Assembly (NCBI GenBank): GCA_030264375.1
Contig: JASCQW010000001.1
Coordinates: 147,568,229-147,632,228, forward strand
Direction of reading: 5' to 3'
Origin: Carcharhinus longimanus
Lineage: Eukaryota
DNA length: 64,000 nucleotides
The translations under genes were made by a program, and so were the position numbers. Shown in pieces: positions 41,520 to 54,430 of the stretch. Below the pieces are notes generated by a model that saw only the letters and a program-made list of their open reading frames with translations, was not told where the DNA came from and made no database searches. Position 1 is the stretch's first letter, and each line of letters starts with the position of its first letter.

Positions 41520-42346
41520 CTATTGAAGTGTGTAGTATAACTGAGTTCAAGAAACAATTAAGTGTATTTTCGAACAGCAAAAGAATTGAGGAATATGTTT
41601 GGAAGCTGGTAGGTGGAGTTAATCTATAACGGGACAAATATATTGGTTAGCCTAGTTGGTCACCCTGGTTGTTTACTGTTCCGAAAAGGCATTTTTTCTG
41701 TTTTGCACAGTATTATGTAGTGCCTTCTCCAGATTTTTAATGTTAATTCCAATGCAAATTCACAGTCCCAACATTAACCTATGTTTATTAAAATGTATCA
41801 GTATCACTAAGAAGTTCAACAAGCAAGCCTTTTTTTCATTGATATAAGAGTTTCCAAACTCCAGTAAGTTTGATATCCCCCCTGCCCCAGCCTAGTTATT
41901 CTTGCAATAAGGACAGACAAAATCTTGCAATGATTGTTTTGATCATCTGGGCGACACCTTAACTGGAATGAATGCTACAAAACTGAGAATTACTTTCTGC
42001 GCTTGCCTCTGCTTATCTTTCAGGCCTTCCAACAGTAGGTGGTACTGCTGCTGCTCCAAGCTGTGTTTCCCAGTGCTGTTTGCCTGAGTGATGCAGCAGG
42101 TACATTTTTCCTTTAGATTTATTAACCTTCCATTTTCTTTCAAGGTTTAATTTAATTTAATGCATCAATTGTCTTTTCTAATATTTTTGCTTGTTGTTTC
42201 ATTTGGCTCATTCTTTTACTCATGCTTTCAGCCAACTTCATGGACTTACCTATCCTCCCATTTGTAGAGCCTCTGGATTCAGGCTGTCGGACCTTCTCCC
42301 AACCCACAGTGAGACTTAGCGCCAAATTTTGGGCATTTATCTATCC

Positions 42347-42548
42347 TCATAGAATCCCTACAGTGCAGAAGGAGGCCATTTGGCCCATCAAGTCTGTACT
42401 GGTTCTCTGACAGAGTATCTTACCAAGGCCCTCTTTTCCCCCTGTACCCATAACCCCACATATTTACCTCGCTAATCCCCCTAACCTATACATCCATCTA
42501 ACCTAGACATCTTAAGACACTAAAGGGGCAATTTAGCATGGCCAATCC
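42347..42548 (-). mobile_element. HE1 V-SINE 3' part
   Basis: catagaatccctacagtgcagaaggaggcc...gcaatttagcatggccaatcc. Confidence 0.8.
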
Positions 42549-42829
42549 TGCTATCCTGCTCCTAACCGCCCAGGTATATTGATCAATGGACTCATGACTC
42601 ATGCCATTCTTTCCTGATTTGTAATCTACCTAACATCCTTACCTATTCTCCAGGTCCATATCTCCATTCTAATTGTTCCGTTGACAATTTCCTGGCTCTG
42701 GGAAACATTTTTTAGAATGTTTATATCATTATAAAAGGAATGTAACATGGTGTTCTTTCTAAAATGCTTTTTGAATTTTAAAAAGTCAAATTGCTGAATT
42801 CTCACTTCTGGAAAAACAGCAAAGCTTAT

Positions 42830-43330
42830 AATGAGATGGAGGGTAGGACTTTCTAAAATGCACTGTTGAGTGTGATTGGGATGGGTTATAAAGGAATGGG
42901 GGGCTGATGGTGAGGGACAGTTTGGGGGTGCTGTAGACTGAAGGGTTTGCTGGGATGTATGTCGGAACTGATCAGTTAAAAGAATAAAGGTTTGGTTGAG
43001 ATGGTGCCTTAAGAATGGAACTTGCTCATGGGGAGATGATGACAAGAAAGGAATAAAGAGTGGCGGATAAAGTTGGTGAGAGGAAAACAATAAGCACAGG
43101 GTGTGGAGAGGAAGGAGAAGTGCAGAGAATGGGGTTGAGTAAGAGGGAATAGATAATGGGATAGCAGTTGATGCAAAATAAGTGACAGAATGTAATATTA
43201 GGTGACAAAACAGCCAGGAGTTTATGATGATACAGGGTGTGAGAAGCTGGTGCAAAAAAAGCAAGGATGTTGGGGGAAGGGGCTGGAAGAAACAAGAGAG
43301 TGAAAGGGATAGAGGGATTTTGCCATGAAA
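42830..43330 (+). repeat. Purine (GA)-rich low-complexity tract
   Basis: G/A strand bias, which accounts for the spurious 244-aa minus-strand ORF. Confidence 0.55.
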
Positions 43331-44034
43331 AATACTGAAACTAGATCCTGGCTCATCCATTTATCTTTTTTATTATTTGAATAATATTCCGTAGTCCTGT
43401 TTGGTGAAAATCATTTGTAGTGTCCCTGAATCTTTAATTATGCAGTCTTGATCCCTGCCCAAGAGCGTGAAGTTGGAAAGTTACCCCTTTCAAAAACTTC
43501 CTGGAAGGAATCCAGTGGTGGTTCAGTAACTGAAATGGTCGATGAATAACTGAGACAAAGAGACCAGGCTTGGCTTCTGCCCAGCAATTCCTGGTGTGTG
43601 CTGAATTAACTGATCTTAGCTGGACCTGCATTGGAGACACAACCACTGAACCCAGCATCCTCTAGCTGGCGAAGGGCAACAATAAAAGAATGAGGCAGGG
43701 TTCTTGATGGAATGTGCATGGGGGTGGGTGCCAATTCAAAGCTGCTAGTAACTGAATACCGTGTGTGCCACAGTTCTGTTGATTTTCTCTGAATTACAGA
43801 AGGGCTGTTGGCAAAGTTGGGAGTGGAGTGGACTGGGGCATCAGGAGCAATATTAAAACACAGCAAAGGGGAATGTAATGTACATTGGAAGCATCGGGAA
43901 TGAATGGGATGGTGGGGTGGGATTGGGGCACTTAGGCTTGTGGGTGTGTGACCCTCATTCTGACAACACCAAGTGGGCGATTTGAGGTGGGATTAATGAC
44001 TGTTCTTTGTTTCATTACAGAGTGTCATGACATC

Positions 44035-44963
44035 TGAGGGAGGAGAGAGGTTGCCAGCTGCCAATCAAGGGAGCAGTTAGATATGCGTGTCAAGGGAGGG
44101 GGGGAATAAAACGAGAGAGCTGCTGTCAGTCAAAGGAACATTTGGACATAGGTGTGTGTGAAGGGGTGTTGGATATAAGTGTCATGGAACAGTGAAATAA
44201 AAAGGGAGAGTTGTTAGTCAAGGGAACAGCTGGATATGGGGAAGGGGAAATGGCTAACGCTGCCAGTTACAGTAGCAGTTGCAGTGTGTGAAGGGGGGTT
44301 GATATAGGTATTAGGGGAAGGGGGAAGTCTTTCTCCTTCTGAGTACACGTACCAACCAACTTAAGAATAGCTTCTTTCCTGCTGCCATCAGACTTTTGAA
44401 TGGACCTACCTCACATCTCTCTCTGCACCCTAGCTACGAATGTAACACCACATTCTGCACTCTCTTCTTTCCTTCTCTATGTATGGTATGCTTTGTATGT
44501 GTAGTGTGCAAGAAACAATACTTTTCATTGAATACTAATACATGTGACAATAATAAATCCAATCAAAAACAAAATGACAGCAGCAGTTGGATATAGGTGC
44601 GTGTGGCGGGAGATCGGATATGGGTGTCAGGAGAGAGGGGGTGGATAAAAAGGGAGTGCAGCTATCAGTCAAGGGAACAGTTGGATATGAGTGTCAGGGG
44701 AAGTAGCTGAAACTATCAGTTACAGCAGCAGCTGGATATGGGTGTGTGTGTGTGTGGTGGGGGATTGGATATGGATGTTAGGGGAAATAAGAAGGTGGAT
44801 AAAAAGGGAGAGCAGCTGCCAGTGAAGGGAACAGTTGGATATGGGTGTTGGGTAGGAGGGAAGTAGTTGAAGCTGTCAGTCAAAGCAGCATTTGGACATG
44901 GGTCTGTGTGGGGGGGCTGGGTTGGATATGGGTGTGTGTGGGGGGGGGGGGGGGGGCGGTTGG
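44035..44963 (+). repeat. G-rich degenerate tandem repeat (cagttggatatgggtgt / cagtcaagggaa / ggataaaaagggagag modules)
   Basis: More than 10 recurrences of (t/c)ggata(t)(g/a)ggtgt. Ends in a poly-G run at the gap. Confidence 0.75.
44325..44572 (+). mobile_element. Rex1/Babar-type LINE 3' end inserted in the tandem repeat
   Basis: Encodes RTNQLKNSFFPAAIRLLNG (Rex1-like ORF end), followed by the shared tail. Confidence 0.7.
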
Positions 44964-45349
44964 NNNNNNNNNNNNNNNNNNNNNNNNNNNNNNNNNNNNN
45001 NNNNNNNNNNNNNNNNNNNNNNNNNNNNNNNNNNNNNNNNNNNNNNNNNNNNNNNNNNNNNNNNNNNNNNNNNNNNNNNNNNNNNNNNNNNNNNNNNNNN
45101 NNNNNNNNNNNNNNNNNNNNNNNNNNNNNNNNNNNNNNNNNNNNNNNNNNNNNNNNNNNNNNNNNNNNNNNNNNNNNNNNNNNNNNNNNNNNNNNNNNNN
45201 NNNNNNNNNNNNNNNNNNNNNNNNNNNNNNNNNNNNNNNNNNNNNNNNNNNNNNNNNNNNNNNNNNNNNNNNNNNNNNNNNNNNNNNNNNNNNNNNNNNN
45301 NNNNNNNNNNNNNNNNNNNNNNNNNNNNNNNNNNNNNNNNNNNNNNNNN
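44964..45349. other. Assembly gap (386 N), probable location of SETD7 exon 1
   Basis: N run between a poly-G tract and CpG-rich DNA. Confidence 0.95.
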
Positions 45350-45480
45350 ACAGTGCGGTGCAGAGATATCCGGCCCCCAAATCACGCCTTTTAAAAGCGA
45401 CTCTTCTATTTTGTGTACTCGAACAAAGCATCGCAAACGCGCGCTGGCGAGAGAAAACCGTTCGCAACGACCCATAACCA
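45350..45480. promoter_or_regulatory. CpG-rich edge of a probable SETD7 promoter / intron-1 CpG island (exon 1 likely in the adjacent gap)
   Basis: Many CpGs (gcggtg, ccggcc, cgcgcgctggcga, ccgttcgcaacga) in otherwise CpG-poor DNA, ~1 kb upstream of SETD7 exon 2, abutting an N gap. Confidence 0.5.
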
Positions 45481-46394
45481 GCAGGGTTTTACTTTTCTAA
45501 ATAAAATAAATGTTCTGAAAAAAAAAGTTTAACTTGGGGGCAGATCTTCCAGGATTTTAATTTTTTTTTTGCAAATCGACTAAAGGTGCCAACGTTTAAA
45601 TTGGCAAAATCAATGGGTGCCAACAGTGAGAACCAAAAAAAAAATTTTTCGAAAAGAAACGTCCTAATTTCCTGGAATTCAATGGATCTTTAAAGAAAAA
45701 GTAATTGGTTTAAAAATGAATGTGTTGGGCTACTTTAACAGTTATGTAATCTGGATTATTGTGATGCAGGCATTGCGAGTCAGCCGTGCAGAGTGAAAGC
45801 ACCAGTGTTCTGGTGGGGGCGAAACTACAGGGTGGGAATTTTGCTGCACACACAATTCACCTTCAGGGGAAAGAGAGAGAGCCTCTTATTCCCTCTACAA
45901 TGTAACCTTTGCCTCTGTTCCCCAGCGGGATGGGGGTAATTGCCCCTATTGTTTCCAACTGGACCGTACGAATCTTTGCCTCCATCAGTATTTCAGGCCA
46001 CTTGATAAGAACAAAGTTTCCCCATTTAATTTTAAATGTTACCAGCAACCGAGAAAGCAGAGGGGGTTAACAAAAAAAAAACAAATCTCTCTTCCCTTTT
46101 CTCCCTCTTGTCATTGCGTGTTGATTTCAGTCGTGACAAATAACCCAGAGAGAAAAGTCACCACCTCCAAACTGGATCTCACGTGGATTTAAAAAAAAAA
46201 CCATTCTTGAGCCTTCCTCCCGAACAAATGAACAGGATCTTGGTGGTGTTTATAGTCAGTAGCAGATACTTAGTGTTTTAATGTTGCAGTAACGTGCAAT
46301 CTTTTTTGGGTGGGGGGGGAGGGGGTGGTTAAAATTATTTTACTTTTTGTGTGAATGTCCGAGGTTCAGTAAGTTTAAAATGTTCCTGTTGTAG

Positions 46395-46524
46395 GTCCCT
46401 TGGATGAAGATAACCAGCCACATGGGTTCTGTAAAGTTACCTATGCCTCTAGTGACAGATTTGAAGGGCATTTTGTACATGGTGAGAAGAATGGTCGCGG
46501 GAAGTTCTATTTTTTTGATGGCAG
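46395..46524 (+). CDS. SETD7: SETD7 (SET7/9 lysine methyltransferase) exon 2, MORN-repeat region, 130 nt
   Basis: ttgtag|GT CCC TTG GAT...GAT GGC AG|gtaaaa. Translates (G)PLDEDNQPHGFCKVTYASSDRFEGHFVHGEKNGRGKFYFFDG(S). Confidence 0.94.
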
Positions 46525-46899
46525 GTAAAAAAAAATCACAAGTCCATCAATTTGAAACTTATTACTTGTTGTTTTAGATATATTCGGAGAGGTTTTTCTC
46601 CTCACTTACTTTAGCAGGATTTTTCTTTGTTGCCTGTGGTTTGGATTGTGTGCGTTTGCTTGGGGGATGGTCACCTTCTGTTCAGCCACTTGCTGTTGGA
46701 CTTGGTGCCAGCAAAATTTTGCATTTATAGTCTCTGAATGCAGGAGATTCACATTCTGTAATGGATGTTTTATTTAAATTGACTTTTATAGACATTTGAT
46801 AGTTTGTGCTTGCTGTAGTGTAACCTTAATAAATTTCTGCTTTGCAAAATTGAAAATAATGTATTTTGTTTTGACACACATCTGTAATGATAGTTAATA

Positions 46900-47500
46900 A
46901 TACGTCTTCAGGTACCGTGCCCTAAGAGGGTGTTGGCAACCATGGATTTAGCATTGGACTGGTCCATGATTTTGCTTGTGGCAACCATGGACTTAGCATT
47001 GGACTAGTGCATGATTGTGCTTGGCAAAGTACTACAGTGATTTGCCATTGCCTTCTGCAGTGTGAAACTTTTCTCTTCTTCCAACATACTTGCCATCAGG
47101 TGTATTGGAAGGATTTACAGACTGATGATCAACCTGTTTGGCCATGTTATGAATTCACCTTCCTTGGCTCAGTCCTGAAGTGAATCCAGAGCCTCTGGCT
47201 TAGAGGTAGGGACACTACCCACAGTGCCATAAGAGCTCCCAGATCAAAAGAGTTGAGTTCTAAATCTTTTCAGTTGCCGAGGGAGGTCTCTTCTTTCCTA
47301 TTTTCTCTTTTTTCAATGGTGTCAATCTTCATGAAGGGAAGGATGGACATTTCCAAGAATGGTATGAGTGCTGCCTTGCTGAGCAGAAGCTTTGTTTGTA
47401 TCACGAAGAACGCATTGAGGTCTTTGTCTCCTAATGTGTCCAGAGCAGAATCATGTAGTGATCTTGGGTGTATTAAGACAAAATGCATTGCATGCAGAAG
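46900..47500 (-). mobile_element. RTE-like tail / SINE remnant with an internal 45-bp tandem duplication (46934-47023) and a possible RTE ORF end
   Basis: gtgatttgccattgccttct tail motif and a minus-strand GHIRR-like remnant. tggcaaccatgg...gcttg occurs twice. Confidence 0.4.
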
Positions 47501-48637
47501 AAGAGAATGACCTCAGTGATTAATTATTTATGGAGTTGCGAGGTAGGGAGGAAGGCAAGTCTCTGAAGCTGAGTACATGGAAGAAAAATGTTGTATGATC
47601 CAAGTGACCAAAATACTATATTGCATTATTACATTTTAATCTTTTAGTTTGAGGACAAAATAGTGGAATCACATTTAATATTGTTTATATCTGTACTCAT
47701 TTTCTGCAAGCAAAACTTAACTTGCTATGATTTTTATTTTTCATAATATAAATTCCTAAATCACCATTTATTATAGGATATATCTAGGTTGTATTATCTT
47801 GTTACTACATTGTGATAGGTTTGGTCACCACATGCCTACAAATAACTCCAAGGTCAGAACTTTACCGCACTGCCCGCCACGAGCATTGGAACGGGCAAGG
47901 GTGGACAATGGGAAGGTCCATTGACTTCGGGCGGGATTTTATAATTTCAGGACGAGCGAGGCCGTAAAATCCCACCCCAAATATTTTCTGGAGTTTCTCC
48001 ATCTGAAATTTTTACCTTAGTAATCCACATTTTAAATCCCCAAGATGAGGATTTTTATGAAAAATAAGAATTCCAAGAAATGTTAAATATAAAAGCCTCC
48101 GTCTTTCCCAAAAGCTCTGAGTTTTTAACTCTTTCAGTTTAGTTGTGCAGTTTGAGCCTGTGCAGTGTACCTAATTTCCCACCTACATCCATCAACCACA
48201 CTGATGGAATATTTTTCTGCAGCTTCCAAAAATTTTTATTGAGGGAAATGCATGTGTATTGATCAGAGTTATAAATGAGATAGAAAAAAATTATATTGTA
48301 TGAGCTGCATGTCAGTTTGGTGTTACAAAAAAAAACTTGCAGAAGTTGAGCTTGAGTCTCTCTTCATTCAAAAAAGAATTTGAACACTAATGTCAATTAA
48401 TTATCTCATCTATGCGATGGTTACAGTTTTTTGTTTAAAAGTCAGCGCTAGCCACTTGCATCTGTGAGACAGTTTCTAATTTCGACAAGACAAATAGGGA
48501 GAAAAGCCTGCATGAGTTGAGAGTGTGAGACAGGAAGAATAAAATAATTAGAGAAAGGTGAGCAGTTTCCCCCTTCAGCTTTATTTTTAAATAAAATGAG
48601 AGCAAAACAAAACCTTTGGAAACTAGGAGACAAGAAA

Positions 48638-48957
48638 GCATAGAATAGAATCCTACAGTGCAGAAGGAGGCCATTCGGCCCATCCAGTCTGCTCCAACCA
48701 CAATCCCACCCAGGCCCTATCCCCATAACCCCATGCATTTACCCTAGCTAGTCTCCCTGATACTACGGGACAATTTAACATGGCCAATCCACCTAACCTG
48801 CAAAGCTCTGGAGTGTGGGGAGGAAACTGGCGCATCTGGAGAAATCCCAAACAGACAAGGGGAAAACATGCAAACTCCACACAAACAGTGACCCAAGCCA
48901 GGAATCAAACCTGGGTCCCTGGTGCTATGAGGCAGCAGTACTAACCACTGTGCCACC
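48638..48957 (-). mobile_element. HE1 V-SINE (tail A)
   Basis: Full head, core and tail. Confidence 0.88.
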
Positions 48958-49949
48958 TGACAGGGGAAGCAGAAAAAGACAGACAGATTGAGCAAGGGGA
49001 GCCTTTGTGCATCTACTTATGGGGGCAGGGCAGTAGAAGTAATGAATCTAATGCACTGCATTTATGTGAAAGAGGTAGAAAGACAGGCAAGGCCAAGAGG
49101 AAGTAAAATTGAATGGGCTGGAAAATGAGCAGTTGATTCTATTCTATCCATTTCCCACCAGGAGGCTAGGTTAATAACTTGTCCTGGTGTTCCACTTGGA
49201 ACTGTTGAAATTTGAGGCTGGAGATGAGGGTTGGCATGCACTTGAACTGGCAAAGAAACGTGTGGCCATAATGAGTCTGGTAATTGGAGTCAATTGGCGG
49301 TTTTAGTTTCACCACTTCGATGAAATTGGAATTTATTCCAAATGATAAAATGTGGGATGATATTGATGATATCCAGATATTTCCATTATTAATCACTCAA
49401 AACTGGTACATAAATAAATGTGCTAGCTGACTTGCAATACTACTCACTAGGCAGAAAAGCACGTGCTGTTATCTCGTCGGTTCTGTTGATGGAACGGACA
49501 AAGATATTCTTGATACGCTTCTTGGGTCTTTATAATATGTGCAGGAACAAATTTACTAAACTGACAAATCTTCTTGACACTTTGAGCAATGATTATTCAA
49601 CTTGAAGAGCAGCAGAAATAATTTTGAAATTAGGGGCATTACCAACTATGAAGGTCTTTGAACCAAAAGTTAAGTCATGCAGCTGTTAGTTTTAAATAAA
49701 AATATAGAACACTTGACAGCCAGCAAGTCAGCAGCATAAGTTGAGAAAATAGCTCAGTTGACTTTTCGGGTGTAACTCACTCTTTAGAACTGGTTAAATG
49801 AGAACAAAACAATAGTAGGGAGGAAAAATACACGTAAGAAAGGCATAGAGTGATTTACAGAGTCAGAAAATGGTTAAAATGTAGAAGCAATTATGTACAG
49901 GAGTCAAAAAAGAGATGAGATTAATCAAGGAAACAAGGCACATACATTC

Positions 49950-50690
49950 ATCACCTCAGAGTTTCTCAAAATAATTTGAAGTGTGGTTCACTGCTGTAAT
50001 GTAGGAAATACAGTAGTCAATTTTCACAAAACAAGCTCCCACAAACAGCAGTGAGGCAATGACAAAATAATTTTTTTAGTTGATTTTATTTTTATTTCCA
50101 TAAATATACTTTATTCAAAAAATGTAAAAGTTCAGATTTGACGTTACATAAAATGTGGTGCAGATCAGTTTCTTTCACTATATACATGAGCTGCCTAATT
50201 ACAGGTTATATTTATAATGTACATTTGCATTTCATGTCAAACCATGTTCCGGTAGTTATAGTTTGAAGCATCTCAGGAGGTGGGTGAGAGGAGGGGCTGC
50301 TGCTTAGAAAGTGGCCTTTCACCATTGAGAGTTTGTAGCAACTGCACTGAACTTTAGTGTGGCTCTCGGCACATAGTCCTAAGACCTTAAAATGGCCAGT
50401 CTACGACACGCTGTTTGTGGTGAGGTTATGTGTGTGTGTATATTATATATTGGCCTGGAGACTGAGGAGAAAACTCTTGCTGTTGAAATAGTCATGGGAT
50501 CTTTTCTATTCGCCTCACAGTAAAGACGGGGCATTAGTTTAATGTCTCATCTGAAAGGCAGTGCCTTTGACAATGCCATAATCCCTTGGTATTAGATTGG
50601 AATGTCAGCCTGGACTTTGTGCTGACGTCCCTGGAGTGGGATTGGAAGCTGCAGTCTTCCGACTCAGAGAATGCTACTCACTCATGGCTG
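49950..50690 (-). mobile_element. DeuSINE split by a Tx1-like LINE 3' end (~50080-50415)
   Basis: DeuSINE tail acaagctcccacaaacagca and core atagtcatgggatcttt...tttaatgtctcatctgaaag flank a segment whose reverse complement reads CRLAILRS-DYVPRATLK (Tx1 ORF2 end-like). Confidence 0.6.
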
Positions 50691-51885
50691 CTGTACAAGA
50701 CATGAATGCAAGAAGAGCTAGACTGAGACAAATAAATAGAACGGGAGGCATGCAAAACCAACAATTTAAATGCTGCAGTAGCCTGGGAATCAAGCAGAAG
50801 TAAATTAGGTTGGCATTCAAGAGTACAGATCACACCAAACTGTCTCTCCTTCTTTTCTTCTCTCCCCCTCTCCCCCACCCACCACTCCACCTCCCCAGCA
50901 CAAATTCACTCCTTACCATTTCAAGAAATGCTAACACATGAAAATCTTTGTCATTTTATACTAAGGGGCAGATTTCTGGACACAGCTCCATATCAATAAA
51001 GAGTTCAGTTAGTTTCTCAGGAGTGTAAAGCTCTTTGAGCAGCTAGACACATTGCAAGGCCATGAAATGACCCAACATAAGTGGGAGACTTGATGCTTTT
51101 TGCCAACTCGCTGGTAAACTGCTCAATGAGCTAGCCATGTTGTTCTGTGTGAGTGAGGAGGACAGTGAAACAGCAGTTATAGGGCTGGTGACAGTGGGCT
51201 CACATGTTTTGTGATGTGGCAAGGCAGAAACCATTAGTGTGCGTTTTAAGATATGAGAGAGTTAGTTATATGGTTACTGCTGACAGGGTTGGAGGAGGAA
51301 AAGTAGTGAAACAACACTCTTATAATTGTTTTAGTACTGCAGTTGCAGCTACCTTGTGACGTTACAAGTCTGTCCAGTGTGATATTTTGTACCCTGCTGG
51401 CACTATGTAAATAAGATGGTACGGTGCCATTTAGTGTTTGGAACAGTGAAACAAACAGGACTGCAGTGCTTGTTTTGTTTTTCCAGCGAATTACATAAAC
51501 TGATCATGAAGGTCAAATAGTTAAAGTTGAGACTAGCTTTTGTGATTAATACAATTAACTTATTCCTATTGTTACTGTACACTGCTGACCCTTTGAGTAT
51601 TGTGTTTTCCATGCTGTTTTTAAATTTACTTTTATCCATCTAATGTCAGAGTTGAAATTTCCAGTTGCCAGTTAGTGGTGGTTTTAGGGAAAATAAACAG
51701 TGGCATACTCATCCCTACCCCTCCCAAATAGGAACAAAATAATTCTTGTTATCCTCTTGCTTTTTAAGGACAAGTATCTCATCAATAATATTACTGTGCA
51801 ATTAGCCAATTATATTGTGAATATTTTTCCCCAGTTTGTGAAGTAAATGTCATATTAGGGGGACGAGAGCAGGAGGAGAGGAAAA

Positions 51886-52168
51886 AAGGGTGGCACAGGG
51901 GTTAGCACACTGCTGCCTTTTGCCACACACCGCCAGGGACTCAGGTTTGATTCCAGTCTTGGAGTTTGCTGTTCTCCCCATGTTTGCGTGGGTTTCCTCC
52001 GGCTGATCCGGTTTCCTCCTACAGTCCAAAGATGTGCAGGTTGCGTGGATTGGCCATGATCAGTGCGCAATATGGTGATAGGGCGGAGGAGTGGGCCTAG
52101 GTAGAGTGCTCTTTTAGAGGATAGGTGTAGACTTAATGGCCTCCTTTTGCACTGAGAGGATTCTATAC
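51886..52168 (+). mobile_element. V-SINE / HE1 variant
   Basis: Head, V core and tail tggcctccttttgcactg. Confidence 0.75.
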
Positions 52169-52925
52169 GAAATAAAGAGTATCTTAATGCTTGTTGGAAT
52201 CCTCAATATGGCACAAATATTTGTCACAATGCCAAATGGACAATATTATTGGGATACAAAATGCTCTTCCCCTACACCCAATTTATGGAAGTATAAATTG
52301 ACTGTATCATTTTGTTTGTTACTGCCATTTTTTTTTAAGATTACCACTGTGGATTTTGGAAAACTAGGGAGGTGAGTTTTGAGCTCGATCTCCCACTTTA
52401 AAATTTAAAACCAAAAATGTGATCAAATTTTTTTTTTAAAAAACTGCAAACCCCAAAGGTTCAGAAAGCACCGACTGCATGAGTGATGTGATAACACCAT
52501 GTTACTGGTTTTGTGGGGGTGTAAGGAGAGAGAAGTCAAATGGATGTCTTTTGGGTGCCCAGATCCTACGGGTGTCATTGTCAATGACCAAATTGAATCC
52601 CAAAAGTAGCTTGAAACAGAGTTAAAAGGCACTAGGAATGCCTGATTAATCAAAGTTTATCTAATCGCTGCTTGCCTGTATCATCATTGAGTGCAGCTAA
52701 ACTTCTGAAGCTCAGTTCTCTGCTTCATTATTTGTGGTTCCTCATTCTCCTTCAGCTCTGGGACTATATTAGCTTTTTTTTTTCTGGGTGATCTTCAATG
52801 CTTGGCAGTGGCCCCCATTGTATGATCCATGAAAGAAAATGCGGTTGCTCCAGCAAGTCTCATCTCCACTGCTGGAAGATCAAGATGTTAATGTTCAGCT
52901 CTTATTAGCCAAGAAATAACTAGTA

Positions 52926-53335
52926 TCATAGAATAGAACCCTGCAGTGCAGAAGGAGGCCATTTGGTCCAGTGAGTCTGCACCAACCACAATCCCACCCA
53001 GGCCCTATCCTCATAACCCCAAGCATTTACCCGAGCAAGTCCCCTGACACCAGGGGGTAATTTAGCATGGCCAATCCATCTAACCCGCGCACATCTTTGG
53101 ACTGTGGAAGGAAACCAGAGCACCGGAAGAAACCCACGCAGGAACGTGTTTGCTACCAAATAAACTGTTGGACTTTAACCTGGTGTTGTGAGACTTCTTA
53201 CTGTTACCCCAGTCCAACGCCGGCATCTCCACATCAAAACTCCACACAGACAGTGACCCAAGCCGAGATCAAACCTGGGTCCCTGGCGCTGTGATGCAGC
53301 AGTGCTGGAGTAACCATTATGCCACCATGCCACCC
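52926..53335 (-). mobile_element. HE1 V-SINE (tail A) interrupted by a Penelope-derived fragment
   Basis: SINE sequence is continuous either side of 53145-53236. Confidence 0.85.
53145..53236 (+). mobile_element. Penelope-derived family A terminal fragment nested in an HE1 SINE
   Basis: gctaccaaataaactgttggactttaacctggtgttgtgagac...ccggcatctccacatc. The SINE resumes afterwards. Confidence 0.7.
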
Positions 53336-53524
53336 TCATACTTGTATAAAATTATAGCGTCCTTGTACCACCACCCCCAGCCTCATTGCTCTAGGCAAGA
53401 GCCTACAGCCCAAAAGGGTTAAATTATGAGTTAGGTTATGTAGTCTAAGCCTCTATTCCCTTTAATGTGAATTATTTAAGGATAGTATAATTGAGCTATG
53501 GAAAATGATCTAGGAGGTAATAAT

Positions 53525-53808
53525 CTTAGCTTCTCTGCCATTTGGCCATTCACACCCTTTATTCACTCTAGGGACTGCCAATAGCAGTCTTTTACCCTGG
53601 TTTCTGTGGCTATGACTCGTCTTTCATTCCCTCACCCTGCAGTATAAATATCTCCCATTTTCCATGCCTTTTAGCTGTGACAAAGGGTCATCTGGACTCG
53701 AAACATCAGCTCTTTTCTCTCCTTACAGGTGCTGCCAGAGCTGCTGAGATTCTCCACCATTTTCTCTTGGCTTCGGGTTCCAGCATCCGCAGTAATTTGC
53801 TTTTCATT
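53525..53808 (+). mobile_element. Penelope-derived family B fragment
   Basis: cagtataaata...tgacaaagggtcatctggactcgaaacatcagctc...gctgccagagctgctgag...ccagcatccgcagtaatttgc. Confidence 0.5.
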
Positions 53809-54106
53809 AAGGAGAAAATGGGCTTGGCAGAAAGAAAATATTTCTTAGTCCAGAATGAAAGTGTGTAACCGTTTAAAAAAAGTTGTCATTCCAGGTTGAT
53901 GTCCAGAAGAAATTTCCCAAATAGAGGGTGGGTGGTGAAAACCTGGAGCTCTGTGGTCCAAAAAACTGTTGAAGCTAAATTTGGAAAAAAATCAACTGAG
54001 ACTGAATTTTTTTTTGTTCAAAAAAGGCTGCTAAGAGTTAAGAACCAAATGATTTCGATGGAGTTTAGGATTTGGATAACCTATGACCGAATTGAGTGCT
54101 GAATGA

Positions 54107-54430
54107 ATCATAGAATAGAATCCCTACAGTGCAGAAGGAGGCCATTTGGCCCATCAAGTCTGCACCGACCACAATCCCACCCAGGCCCTATCCCTGTCAC
54201 CTCACATATTTACCCTGCTAATCTCCCTAACCTATGCATCCCAGGACACTAAGGGCCAATTTAGCATGGCTAATTAACCTATCCCACACATGTCTGGAGT
54301 GTGGGAGGAAACCCACGCAGACATGGGGAGAATGTGCAAACTCCGCACAGACAGTGACTTAAACTGGGAATTGAACCCAGATCCCTGGAGCTGTGAGGCA
54401 GCAGTGCTAACCACTGCCACCATGCCACCC
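54107..54430 (-). mobile_element. HE1 V-SINE (tail A)
   Basis: Full head, core and tail. Confidence 0.88.

Noticed and set aside
42024-42099. Exon-like segment (ctttcag|...GCAG|gtacat)
   Set aside because: Weak donor site and no recognisable product.
42626-43360. 244-aa minus-strand ORF
   Set aside because: It is the complement of a GA-rich low-complexity tract, gives a biased S/P/L/F sequence and has no recognisable domain.
28030-44963. MGST2 exons (human neighbour upstream of SETD7) or the missing DOCK7/CREBRF exons
   Set aside because: No convincing peptide match found by eye on either strand. The YAKLKFEISSTPPG segment near 39133-39175 is too weak. TBLASTN is needed to exclude them formally.
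44035-44963. CRISPR-like array or other prokaryotic system
   Set aside because: The repeat modules are degenerate without unique fixed-length spacers, there are no cas-like ORFs, and the DNA is plainly vertebrate intron/intergenic sequence.
44845-45500. Long ORFs spanning the gap (also 60272-61502 and 62985-63355)
   Set aside because: They are artefacts of N runs translated as X.
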